Source: Mobula birostris
Taxonomy: Eukaryota
Direction: 5' to 3'
DNA: 64,000 nucleotides
NCBI RefSeq assembly: GCF_030028105.1
Contig: NC_092378.1
Span: 15,208,762 to 15,272,761 of the forward strand
Both the position numbers and the translations under genes were made by a program. The notes under the pieces were generated by a model, which had not been told where the DNA came from, made no database searches, and worked only from the letters and a program-made list of their open reading frames with translations. Of the stretch, positions 27,951-40,189 are shown in pieces (within the stretch, counting starts at the first letter, position 1; each line of letters opens with the position of its first letter).

Positions 27951-28912
27951 TTGATCCAATCAGTTTCAAATTTAGCTCATGAAGGATCTCAGCCCAAAAT
28001 GTCAAATGATTACTCTTTTCTATAGATGCTGCCAGGCCTGCTGAGTTCCTCTAGCATTTTGTGTGTATTACTCAAATTTATCTGTTACTGAAGTATGAAT
28101 TAACTGGTGTGCACACATAACACTAACATTGGTGTCAGGTTCAGTCAGCCATATAGCATTAGAATAGGTTTTATGGCCTATTAAGTCAATGCAAACCATC
28201 AAGCACCCACTTACGCTAATCCCATTTTATTCTCCCCACATCATATCAACTTCAAAGAGATAGCACCAGAGGTCAAGATCGAAGCTGGGTCGTTGGAGCT
28301 GTGCTGTAACGCTGTACCAGTGTAACACACAATCATTGACCCCTATATATATCATGCACTAGCTACATCAAATATTTTTGTAGCATTGCGTGGGACACTT
28401 CAACTGAATTATTGTCGAGAAAAATAGATGTCTACTTACATGCCTGCAAGGGAAAAATGCTGGCAGGTATTCAACTTGAGTTTTTGAATAAGCAGTGTAC
28501 GTGAGACTTCAGAATTTCTCAGTCAGATGAATTGCTTTGTACATTTAGTATTTTATCGATGACTTAAAAATGCTTTTCTCATTTCTAATCATTGTGTTCA
28601 TCACTCTCATTTGTACCCTCCCCTCTTTTGCCGAAACTTGTTTCTCCATATCTGCAAATTTGTTCCTCTGTCATCACCCCAGTAAGACTAAACTGCACAA
28701 ACTTCAAATAAAAAGTATTTCTATTTCCATAAACATAAGAGATTCTGCAGATACCAGAGACCAAGAGTAATTCACACAAAATGCTGGAGGAACTCAGCAG
28801 GTCAGGCATCATTTATGGATTGGCCTGAAACATCCAGATTCCAGCATTTTGTGTGCATTATTTTTATTTCCATAATTGTTTTCCTGGAACTTAAGATCAC
28901 AAAGTATTATTA

Positions 28913-29066
28913 CAGGTCAACCTTCACTAATCCAGCACGATTGGGACCTGAGGAGTGCTGAATTAGTGAAAATGCCAAATTACAGAAGGATCACATTAAG
29001 CATAATCAGTGCCGGATTATCGAAGGAACCGAATTACAGGTAGTTGGATTAGTGAAGGTCGACCTG
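28913..29066. mobile_element. Tc1/mariner (Tigger/pogo-type) MITE
   Basis: TIR CAGGTC(A/G)ACCTTCACTAATCCA at both ends, TA TSD. Confidence 0.9.
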
Positions 29067-29611
29067 TACTTTCAAAAATTAATACTTAAATAGAAAGGGC
29101 AAGTTACTCAAATTTTATTTAAAGAGTGATGTCTCCAACTGAAAAGACAGAGCCTTTACAAGTATAGGATTTCCATCCATGGGCATTTAAATAATAAGTA
29201 AATAAAGACAGAGAAAATAATAGGAACAATCTTCAATTGAAACAATGCCAAATCTAAACTGGCTTGTCCCAGCTCAACAAAATTTTTCCAAGCAGTGAAA
29301 CTTTTAAAAGTTTTAAATCTTTAAATTCATACCAAGCAAAGACAACAAGATGTTGTTGATTTTAAGACTGGATTGAAATACGCTTTCAATTTGTATTAAT
29401 TCTACTTTAGTGCCTTTCTCCAAAGGTACCTCTGATTTGTCCTCAATAAAAAGAATGTACAAACTGATAATCTACATCAGATAGTGAACATAAATACAAC
29501 CAAAACCAAAGTTAGTTAATAAAATTAAACAGGAAATTTAGACAAAGTGCATTCGTACAGCTTACACTTAGAAGACAGAGCTAGACTTTTCTCTGTAATT
29601 ATCATTAGTTG

Positions 29612-29818
29612 TTACTTTTTGTTAACTGATTGCAGGATTCGGAGAATATGCAAGAAGAGATTAATGACATCCAAGTACAAGTTAATTGAAGCCAATACAT
29701 ATTCTTCAGGTGAAAGCTTGTGCATCAATACATGTGTATCATAGATGATAAAGCCACAGAAGAGCAGAGCTCCTGCAGATGCAAATACCAGTTCCATTGT
29801 ATTGCTCCAGAAGAAAAG
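29612..29818 (-). CDS. TMBIM4: TMBIM4 (protein lifeguard 4/GAAP) exon 7, last
   Basis: [29 protein letters not shown]...[34 protein letters not shown]; acceptor AG at 29820-29819. Confidence 0.97.
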   Translation of the reverse strand, partial: LFFWSNTMELVFASAGALLFCGFIIYDTHVLMHKLSPEEYVLASINLYLDVINLFLHILRILQSVNKK

Positions 29819-30897
29819 CTGAAGAAAAAAAAGCAAAAAACATCACCAAGAAATGCAGGGCAGAGTTAAACATTAGCACAATGATTGTTTGTACCAAGCA
29901 GCTGTGTAACAGAGAATTCTCTGATCAACAGGCTATTCCCAGGGATGAATTTTGTCTTGATGCAAGATCATCAACTCTGTGAAAAGGCAATTTGGTCTGC
30001 CCGAAACCTTTGGTCTTCTAGTTCAATGAGATGTTTGCAAATGAATGCTGCCAGATGGCACATTCCATGCGGAAAGAGTACAAACTACGAACTTGGCACA
30101 ATCTGAAGGACTGCAAACTAAGATCTTACTATCACTGGGCACTGCAGAACTCGGCCTTAATAGCTCCATAAACTCCAGAAGGGTGCACTGTTCAAAGAAG
30201 CCACATGAGTGGCACTGGTGCTTTGTAAATACAGTATATTAACTTGATGACATTATGAATGTGTAGAGTGGGCAACATTATGAATGCAAAGAATGCCATG
30301 CACTGTTTTTGAATTTTTTCTTAACAGATTTTCATGAATAAAAACTCCATTTGGGCATTTCTGACAGGGCATTTTGAATTCAAGTGTTGTTTCAAGTCAT
30401 TCAAAAGATCAAAGATTAGGACACCTACAAATCAAGACTGAATGTTCTCCAGCTGAGGCGTAAAATAACATTGCGTGTGAGCTTGTTCTCCATTAATACC
30501 AAGGTCATTCTACTTCCAGAATTGATTAACGTACAATGTATTATTCCTTCACTGTGGGAGCAAAGAATGTTTTATTTTCAATAAACAAAATCAAATTGGT
30601 TGTGCATGGTAGCTCAGTGGTACAGGATGATGATTTACTCTGCAAGGCACCATTTCTGTGTCAAATGAACTAAAGTGTATCTATGCGGAAGTGAAGATAT
30701 GCTTCACAAAAGCCAGTGGAAAATTCTGCTTAATTCTCATGAAAACATAAAGGAATTAAAAAATTGTGGCATATTTGTAAAATCTGGCAGTTAGCTTTGT
30801 TCATTAACATTTCTAGCCAGAACTAAATGTACATTTAAAGTAGTACCTTTTGACTCATAGAAAATAACTCAATTAGTCTAGAATAATTCATACTTAC

Positions 30898-30943
30898 CCT
30901 AAACAATCCAGCCAGGAGCAAAATCCACAGGCATGCAAAGAGG
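30898..30943 (-). CDS. TMBIM4: TMBIM4 exon 6 (LFACLWILLLAGLFR)
   Basis: tttAG acceptor and GTAAGT donor, phases 2 and 0 consistent, similar to human LFALLWILCLSGFLK. Confidence 0.93.
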
Positions 30944-32578
30944 CTAAAGGCAGAAAAAATAAAAATAAACATTTCATTGCAGTCATTGTTCTGTGCAGAA
31001 TACATGATCACATTTTAAACAATTGTTTCTCAGGCTATGGAAACCGAGTTATGATGGATGATAATATTTTTATGTTGAGTATTGAGATTTAAATCTGGTG
31101 TTATATGTTAACGGAATATATAAATTCACGGAAGACTCAACTTATGTTGTATATGTTTTAATGTTTTGAAAGAGGTATTTTAGATTAAAGAACTAGATTA
31201 TCTGTTTGAGACTAATTTACCTTATGAATTAGATGCAGAGTTTACGTTTTGGAGCCCTAGCCAATAGTACACGTCCACAAGTTGGCAATCATGAAGTATT
31301 CAACTAAGCTCACCGGCTTAACTGTTTCACAGAAATGGTTGAAATTTCTCTGGCATTACAACTAAAAGCATTCTTTTACCAAATCATTTTTGTTATTGCA
31401 AGCAATTATAAAATAATAAAAATCTGTGTAGCTTCAACAGTGAAGACTTTCATTCTCAATACTTATGCTTCCACCTGACATTCTTCAGTTCCTCGTATGG
31501 GTTGTTTCAACCCAATGCATGCTCCACATTCTCAAACCTCTGCACTGGTTGCACAACTTGTTCCTGTTCCCAAACCCCAGTTCCAGCTGCACTTAGACTC
31601 CATCTTTGGCCTCTGTAAAATTCTCCAAGTTGATTAGAACTAATATCAGCATCCTTTCCAGACCGATGTCTCCAGCTCTGAAATCTCATCTACTGTTGGT
31701 TATGTTGCAAAGGCCAAACTGTTTGCATGCCCAATACCAGTCTTCTAAAACCAGCACTCCATTTCAAGTGTTATCATGGAAAATTATCTGGCAAACCCAG
31801 GAAAAGATTCAAGCATGTGCTGAAAGCTTTATTTGAGGAACTGCAACAACCACAATGACTACGAGCTGCCTCTGGTTCATGGCTGCTCAAAGCACAAGGC
31901 CACTCAGGTTGGTACTGTGAACCCCAAATTCATGCACTGGGAGAACACAGAAACGAAGCTTGGCAAATGGAAGCAAACCAAGTCACAACCTACTCCTTCA
32001 TCTGCTCTGACAGGCACCTATGAAAGAGTTTGCGGTTCCCAAAATGACCTAATTTGATAGCTCACAGCCAACAAAACCAGAGTGGAAGCTAACCATCGTT
32101 GATCTCACTGTAAAGAATTTATAAACTAACATTGGTAACATATAAGTATTACTAATTTATGGTTTCAATTGCACATGCAGCCCTCAAGTACTTTGACCAC
32201 GATGCAACTTTAGGGCATCATGAACGACCATAATTCAGGCCTCAATTAACATCCATTTTAAGTAAAAATACCATTTTCATTCTTTGCAAAATAAAGTTTA
32301 CATGTTTAAAAAAATGTTTTGTTGAGAGTTTGACTAATTGGTGCTCTCAGCTTTCATCAATAGAATCATTACTGTGTACTGCTTGTCAGAAAGAGGATTC
32401 CCAAATAGAAATTCCCAACTTCTGGATGTGGCTTAGCTATAAAAGGATCAATAAGTTAACTGCAAATTTATTCTGGAAGGGAATGCCAAATACCCAAGGG
32501 TCCTAAAATAAATAAGAGAAAAATAAACCATTATGCAGAACTTTATAAAATATAATGAACCTTCTGAAGTGCACATAC

Positions 32579-32696
32579 CTTGCTGCATATTTACTGAAAT
32601 CTCTCTTTGACTGAAACGTGTAGACAGTCAATGCAATGAATACAGCAGTCGTTAAAGCAAATGCTTGCAGAACTACTGAATAGTCATAGAAAGTAA
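32579..32696 (-). CDS. TMBIM4: TMBIM4 exon 5 ([36 protein letters not shown])
   Basis: Family motif LQAF..T..VF..LT.YT.QSK.DFS; AG and GTATGT boundaries. Confidence 0.96.
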
Positions 32697-32910
32697 CTGA
32701 AAATAAAAAGATAGATTGTGAAAATAAAATTTAAATTTTAAATCTCTGAATTAACATTTTCATTTACTTACAGCAGGTACAATTAGGATTAGGCCTAGCA
32801 TAATTGAACAATACAAGCAATTTCATACTACAAAAAGATACAATGGAGGTCTAAGAAGTTAATGAAAAATTAAAGTGTTTTCATTTTGGCAAACTATACT
32901 AGATAATAAC

Positions 32911-33182
32911 GAGCAACACATACAAAATGCTGGTGAACGCAGCAGGCCAGGCAGCAACTATTAGAAGAGGTACAGTCGACGTTTTGGGCCGAGACCCTTT
33001 GTCAGGACTAACTGAAAGAATCTCTTACTATCTCTTCTTTCAGTTAGTCCTGACGAAAGGTCTCGGCCCGAAACGTCGACTGTACCTCTTCCAATAGATG
33101 CTGCCTGGCCTGCTGTGTTCCACCAGCATTTTGCGTGTGTTGCTTGAACTTCCAGCATCTGCAGACTTCTTCGTGTTTGCAT
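32911..33182. mobile_element. Penelope-like terminal-repeat insertion with inverted duplication
   Basis: Arms 32912-33020 and 33035-33144 are inverted; 11-bp TSD TAGATAATAAC at 32900-32910 and 33183-33193. Confidence 0.9.
33046..33081 (+). ncRNA. Minimal type I hammerhead ribozyme motif (PLE type)
   Basis: AGTC CTGACGA A AGGTCTCGGCCC GAAA CGTC GACT: intact core and GUC cleavage triplet; one mismatch at the base of stem II. Confidence 0.7.
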
Positions 33183-33363
33183 TAGATAATAACAAGGTGG
33201 GTAGCACTGTGACGTGAGTCAGCTACTGGGCTTCAATACTAACCACAGGAACTGTCTACGTAACAACTGCATGTTTCCCTGCAAGTGTGTGATTTCCCTA
33301 GTGCTCCAGTTTTCTTTACATCTTAAATACTTGCTGGTTAGTAGGTAAATTAGTTATTTAGAG

Positions 33364-35716
33364 CAGTGGTCCCCAACCACCCGGCCACGAGGAAACAATA
33401 CGATTTGGCGATATGAAATGATATGAGTCAGCTGCACCTTTCCTCATTCCCTGTCACGCCCACTGTTGAACTTGAACGCATGTGAGGTCATCAGTCGGTC
33501 ATTAACCTACAACTACTTGATGAGTAAAAAACAAACTGCTTGAGAGTTTCTTTGGAAGAGGTGGTAGGGGACCTAGAAGCCCCAATGATGATGATAACGC
33601 AGAGACAGCTGAGGCCAAGACTGCAAAAAAAAAGCTTCCTTCAACAGAAAATACGAGTTGTACATAAAATATGGCTTTATTGCGACCGGTGACTCGAACA
33701 CTCCAAGCCCCCTGTGTGTGATATGTGGAGACAAGCTGTCTAATGAGGCAATGAAGCCCTCAAAACTGCTTCGGCACCTTGAGTCCAAGCACCCTGCACT
33801 TAAAGACAAACCTGTTAAGTTTTTTGAGTGGAAAAAATGTGAGCAAGCGGGACAGAAGCAAGTGCTGACAGCCACCACCTCCACAAATTCTGCTGCTCTG
33901 AGAGCGTCGTACTTAGGGCTAGCCGTATTGCTAAGGCTAAGAAGCCTTTCACTGTTGGTGAAAAATTGATTCTGCCTGCTACCAAGGACATGTGCCGTGA
34001 ACTGTTGGGAGAAGCTGCAGCTAACAAGATGGCACAGGTTTCTCTTTCAGCTACCACAGTTTCAAGGAGAATCGACGACATAGCAGAGGACATCGAAGCA
34101 CAGCTGTTGGAATGGCTTAACGAGCCACCATGGTAAGCTACCCAGGTCGACGAGTCTACCGATGTCGACAACAAGGCAATACTGCTGGTTTATGTGCGAT
34201 ATATATTTCAAGACGATGTGCACGAGGATATGTTGTGTGCACTGCCGCTGCCAATTAACACAACTGGGGCAGAACTATTCAAGTCTTTGAATGACTACAT
34301 GTTAGGCAAACTGGACTGGTCATTCTGTGTTGGAATATGCACAGTCCGGGCTGCAGCTATTACCGGACGGCTGTCTGGTTTCACTACCCAAGTCAAAGGG
34401 GTTGCTCCTGAATGCCAGCCTACACACTGTGTCATACACAGGGAAATGCTGGCTAGCCAAAAAACGTCACCTGATCTTAACAGCATATTGCGTGACGTTG
34501 TTGAAGTTATCAATCACATCAAAGCAAAAGCCCTTAACTCAAGTCTGCTTGAGCAGCTTTGCGAGGAAATGGATGCAGAGCACAAATACCTTCCGATTAC
34601 ACACTGAAGTCAGGTGGCTATCAAGGGGGAGAGCCCTGGCCAGGGTTTTTGAGCTAAGAATTTCTTTCAGCTACGGATTTCTTTCAGCTAAGAATTTCTT
34701 TCAGCTACGGATTTCTTTCAGGAAAAAAGTCACCACAGGCAGCACACTTCAGTGATGAGGAGTGGATAGCAAAACTCGCTTATCTGTGTGACATCTTCAA
34801 CCTGCTCAATGAACTCAATTTGTCACTTCAGGGGAGAATGACAACTGTCTTCAAGTTGGCAGATGAAACGTCTGCTTTCAAAGCCAAACTGGAACTGTGG
34901 GGATGGCGAGTGGACAGCGGCATATTTGACATGTTCCCAAAATTAGCTGGGATTTTGGGAGAGACTGAGGCTACACTGTCCTTCTCACAGCTGGTGCGCA
35001 ATCACCTATCTTCGCTGTCGACAGAATTCGAGCGTTACTTCCAAACCGCAAATGACCCAAGACGTGCAAAGGAATGTGTCTGAGACCCATTTGTGAATGT
35101 CCCTGGTGAATCATCCATGTCAGCGCGGGAAGAAGATCAACTCCTCGAGCTTGCAAATGACGGCGGGCTGAAAAGTATGTTTGACATAACATCTCTGCCG
35201 GCATTCTGGATCAAAGTTAAGGCTGAATATCCTGAGATAGCCATGAAAGCACTGAAAACGTTGCTTCCATTTCCAACATCATATCTCTGCGAAGCGGGGT
35301 TTTCTGCAATGAATGCAGAGAAACAAGCGCAGGGCTCCCACTGATTCAGCGATATTGGTGTGTTGCAATGATTTTATATGTTCATACGTGGAAAATATGC
35401 GCTGTGTGTTTAATATCCAAACATTACTTAAAATGTTAGGATGCTATTGACTTATAAGTGACTTATAATTGACTTATCACTATACTCATGCGAGGAAAAT
35501 ATGTGGTGTGTTTAATATTAAATTCGTTAGATAAACCCTTTTAGAAACAAAATTGAGTGTACAGGTATTAGCCACTTATAAGTGACTTATAGTTGACTTA
35601 TCACCTATATTCCGGTCATGATTAACACCCCCCCCCCCCCACCCCCGTTGGCCAGTCCACAAGAATATTATCAATATTAAACCGGTCCGCGGAGCAAAAA
35701 AAGGTTGGGGACCCCG
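33364..35716 (+). mobile_element. Full-length hAT (Buster/Charlie-type) DNA transposon with pseudogenised transposase
   Basis: TIRs CAGTGGTCCCCAACC and GGTTGGGGACCCCG; 8-bp TSD ATTTAGAG; BED-like CVIC...LRHLESKH, VDESTD, HCVIHRE, RWLSRG, PFPTSYLCEAGFS; stops and frameshifts. Confidence 0.95.
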
Positions 35717-36074
35717 ATTTAGAGTTCCCCTAATTTATACGGTGGTGTATGTGAGAGAGTAAGATACAACAAATGTGGGAATTTGATTGATTAGATTAAT
35801 CCAATCGCCTGCAATAACTCCATGTGACAAATTGGCTCCACCTATGTCATAAGGGAATATGAAATATTACAAGGCATTTTCAAACAATGTAGGGTGGTAC
35901 TGTGGGGCAGCAATTACTGTTACATGCAGTTTGCACATTCTCCCTTGATTCATGGAGTCCCTCTGAGGCTTGAGTTTCCTTCTACATTGCAGATATGCTG
36001 ATAGGTTAATTGGCTACTATATATTGCCTCTATTGTAGGGGCAGAAGCAGTGGAGAAATTGAAATGAATTACAG

Positions 36075-36819
36075 CAGTGGTCCCCACCCACCAAGCCGTG
36101 GACCGGTACCGGGCTGCAAGGCATGTGCTACTGGGCCGCGAGGAAACGATAAGAGCCCGCTGCACCTTTCCTCATTCTCTGTCACGCACTGTTGAACTTG
36201 AACATAGGGTTGCCAACTGTCCCGTATTTGCCGGGGCATCCCGTATATTGGGCTAAATTGGTTTGTCCCGTATTTCCCCCGCTAAGATAGAGCGTGCCTA
36301 TGAAACCATTCGTGCCGAAATGGCGTGAAGCGAAGAAGCGATTACCATTAATTTATATGGGAAAAATTTTTGAGCGTTCCCAGACCCAAAAAATAACCTA
36401 TCAAATCATACCAAATAACACATAAAACCTAAAATAACACTAACATATAGTAAAAGCAGGAATGATATGATAAATACACAGCCTATATAAAGTAGAAATA
36501 ATGTATGTACAGTATAGTTGGGAAGATTAAGCCGAAACCGATTTGTGGGAAAAAAAATCGTCACACATGAGCACACAGGAGCCCGCGCAAGGCTTCATGG
36601 TCTGGTAGTCTTTCTCGGGGTAAATGCAAGTATCCTGCATTTGACTGCTACTTTTGTCCCTTATTTGGGAGTGAGAAAGTTGGCAACCCTAACTGTAAAA
36701 GACATGTTGAGGTGAGTTTAACCCTACTTGAACATTCCCCCCACCCCCGGTTGGCCGGTCTGCAACAATATTGTCAATATTAATCCAGTCCGCGGTGCAA
36801 AAAAAGTTGGGGAGCCCTG
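36075..36819 (+). mobile_element. Non-autonomous derivative (MITE) of the adjacent hAT element
   Basis: Left and right arms match the termini of 33364-35716; no transposase. Confidence 0.85.
36205..36726. mobile_element. Nested hAT (Blackjack-like) MITE inside the previous MITE
   Basis: TIR TAGGGTTGCCAACT at 36205 and AGTTGGCAACCCTA at 36678-36691; 8-bp TSD CTTGAACA at 36197-36204 and 36727-36734. Confidence 0.8.
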
Positions 36820-37276
36820 AGTGATAGGGACAGAAGAGGAGGAAGCTCGGACTGATGGGTGTGCTCTGAGAGCCAGCATGGACTCAATAGGGTAAGTGGC
36901 ACTCTTCTGCACAGCATGGAAATTAACTCAGCAGACATGTCAAGAAAAGTTAATATGTTTTGTAACTATTCCCTTATTTAAGTAAATGAATGAGGTATGA
37001 CAACAGAGAAAATGGAAACTTTTATATGTTATGTCGGATATCCTCATAAATATTATACAGAATTGTACCTATTTAGAGCTATATTTAGTTTATTTCAGTT
37101 CCCAAGTACTTCTCTGTTAGTGGTAACAAAACCATTTGACATAATCAAAGGCATGAGAAACTTGCACATTTCCTATTTTCTAAATATCCATGGAAACATG
37201 GAAAGTTTGTTTCTAAGTAATTCAAATTGAAACATTTATATCCATGAGTCAAAAATTTTCAAGGAAAAGCCCTTAC

Positions 37277-37310
37277 CAATGGTAGCCACTGTAGAAGCCT
37301 CAAAGAGGGT
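37277..37310 (-). CDS. TMBIM4: TMBIM4 exon 4, 34 nt (TLFEASTVATI)
   Basis: cAG acceptor and GTAAGG donor, phases fit, similar to human TLLEALTVAVV. Confidence 0.92.
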
Positions 37311-37429
37311 CTGTGGAGAAATAATTTTCAGGACGTTACTAAAACTTTAAAAGGAAACAATGGTTTGCAACTCTTCTCAAACATTCTGACATTTGTTCAG
37401 CAAACCTGCATAAAATCACAAATTACCAA

Positions 37430-37825
37430 AAGACCAAAAGACATAGGGGCAGAATAAGGCCATTCAGCCCACCTAGTCTGCTCCATTATTCCATCACGGC
37501 TGATTTATTTTCACTCTCAAACCCATTCTCCTGCCTTCCTTTCTAACCTTTGACACCCTTCTACTTAAATTCTTCTTTAAATGTATCCAATGACTTTGCT
37601 TCTACAGCCATTTGTGGCAATAAATTCCACAGATTCACCACCTTCTGACTCAAGAAAATCATCCTTATCTCTGTTATGAAGCCATGTCCCTCTATTTTGA
37701 AACTGTGCCATCTGGTCCTGGACTGTAGAAAACATTCTCTCTCACATCCACTCTATCTAGGCCTTTCAACATTCAATAGGTTGCAATGAGATCCCCTCTC
37801 ATAGTTCTAAATTCAAACAAGTGCA
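37430..37825 (-). mobile_element. CR1 LINE 3' end
   Basis: Same 3' terminal sequence as the CR1 copies at 7530-7960 and 59200-59600. Confidence 0.8.
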
Positions 37826-38857
37826 GATGAGGTGATATTTCTAGATAATGTCTTGTATAAAATAGGCCAAAGATGAAGATAGCCTCTTTTTTTATGATAA
37901 AATTTCAAAAGAAAACAAGTCACCAGCAGGGTGATGATAGGTTGGTTGATCGGAAATTCATCAAAATCAACAGGAATTTCCTCTCACGTGCAAACTGACC
38001 AGCATACAATCAAAGCTTTTAAGTTTATTCGCAACCTAGTTGTTAACAAACATCTATGTACAGGTATTCAAAAGGGACTGGTATACCAGCTGAATCAAAT
38101 GCATAATATTGCATATATAGTTTTAATCCAAGGAGGAAGAGTGCTTAGGTGAGAAGAAATAAGTAATTCCAGTGAGAAGAATCAAGGCCATAAAGCAGGA
38201 TCGTCATTTCAACGTGGATAAACTGTGCGTGGCGAGAACAGTCAGAACGATTACTTGTAAAATGCAGTGAATAAAGTCAGTTAAAGGCTAATTGGTAGAA
38301 ACAAAACTGATGCTGCTGCAAGTAATTTTTTTCACTGCATTTGTGCATACTTAAGCTTGTACATATCACAAAACTTGACTTTGACTTTAAAGGAGCTTTT
38401 TTTAATGCAACAAGCCAACTAAATAAAGTTGCTTTTACTCCGTAGATCTGATTGTATAAAAGAAATTACCATGCAGTCACAGTAATTCGTTATGAAAGCA
38501 GTATAATGTTGCCTTTTATTGCAGCGGGACTGGAGTTCATGAGTAAGTAAACCTTGCAGCAATTTTGCAGGATTTTTACCAGTTTGGGTCTCTTTATATT
38601 TTATACTTTATTGTCGCCAAACAATTGATACTAGAACGTACAATCATCATAGCAATATTTGATTCTGCACTTCCCGCTCCCTTGATTACAAATCTCTTGT
38701 AATCAATATGGCATGTAAAAGCATAAGCGAACAAAATTTGACTAGAATAATTCTTCAGATATGAAGTTATTACAATGAGAAATCAAGGATGTATCTATAC
38801 TCATTGGAATATAGCAGAATCAGAATTTATTGTACTGAAATATAAGATATAACTATA

Positions 38858-39085
38858 AGGCAACCGTTAGTCTTGCGAGACCATGGATCTGCGCCTGGAA
38901 AGTCTTCACTCTCCAGGGTGCAGGCCTGGGCAAGGTTGTATGGAAGACCGGCAGTTGCCCATGCTGCAAGTCTCCCCTCTCTACGACACCGATGTTGTCC
39001 AAGGGAAGGTCAAAGGCCAATACAGCTTGGCACCAATGTCGTCGCAGAGCAATGTGTGGTTACATGCCTTGCTCAAGATGTAACA
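38858..39085 (-). mobile_element. 5'-truncated copy of the tRNA/RTE chimeric SINE
   Basis: High similarity to 56365-56590. Confidence 0.8.
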
Positions 39086-39927
39086 ATTCAGATACTATTT
39101 GTGTAGTTGGAGAATTTATTATGAGGGGTCAGCAATTAAAGACTGTGATGAAAACATATTTTCTTCAATCAGGGGCTTTCATATCCTCAGAACATGTTAT
39201 CTCAGAAAACTATGAACTCTTAGTCAGATAATGTTCAAGATGGGAATTGCTGCATTTCTAGACTGTAATGATATCAAAGGTTATAGAATATGACAGGGAA
39301 GTACAGTTAAGGTTGTTGGATCCAACTGTTTAATTGTCATTTTCTTTGCATTCAACAATTAATTAAATGCTTATATTCTAAGAGCCTTTATATGTACAGC
39401 AGTTTAATATGCCTCCAGTGGTTATAAAAAGTATAATTCTGGAAGCTCCAGTAAGTATTTTCTTATTGGATTATTGTTATATATGGAATTTTCTTAACTT
39501 TTGGGTAGGTGTCATGTTCTTCAAGTAGTAAGTCACTGTTCTGGTCCTGTTCTCTTTGTTCTATCAACACTTAATAAAACAATTGTGAAGTAACAAGTTT
39601 TATGCCTCATTTCTGACTTCTAAAAGAACCTTGGATTTAAACACCAGAATTCAGTAAGGTAAAATTCCCATTCTTCTGTGATATTATAGATATTTAGAGA
39701 AATTGAATAAGTAGCTACTTATTGAGCATTTAGATAAAAGCACATCTGTAACTTGAGGAAACAGCCAGATACAGCACCAAATAAACAGTATAAAAAATGC
39801 TTAGAAAAAATTAATTTTTGTACACAGCCAAGCTTCCAACATAAACTCAATATCAGCTTAACTAAATGATAAAAAGTTTAAAAAGTATTTATGCAACCTT
39901 AATACAATGATTTGACTGAATACTTAC

Positions 39928-40033
39928 AAACCCAAACAGAAGATACAAATTAACAGGATGTTGATGTCTGTAGATTGCCAGAGCAATTATGAGACCCAGA
40001 GATCCAAAAGCCGTTATCAACACCAATGAGGGA
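39928..40033 (-). CDS. TMBIM4: TMBIM4 exon 3 (PSLVLITAFGSLGLIIALAIYRHQHPVNLYLLFGF)
   Basis: Motif GSLGLI.AL...RH..P.NLYLLFGF; AG and GTAAGT boundaries. Confidence 0.96.
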
Positions 40034-40189
40034 CTAGAATAAGGAAGAGACAATAAGTACACATGTATTAACAAGTGTAATTTCTAAAAATTAAATTTGA
40101 TATTAATTTGTTACAAGATAAAACTCTGCCAAATGAGAACATCTGGACTTTACTGATAAAATAATTGAAATTGGATAGGCTTTACTTAT

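Noticed and set aside
34650-34720. Short direct repeats as a CRISPR-like array
   Set aside because: Simple tandem duplication without spacers inside a eukaryotic transposon.
33550-35344. Domesticated ZBED5/SCAND3/FAM200-like gene
   Set aside because: Multiple stops and frameshifts, with TIRs and TSD intact, indicate a dead transposon copy.
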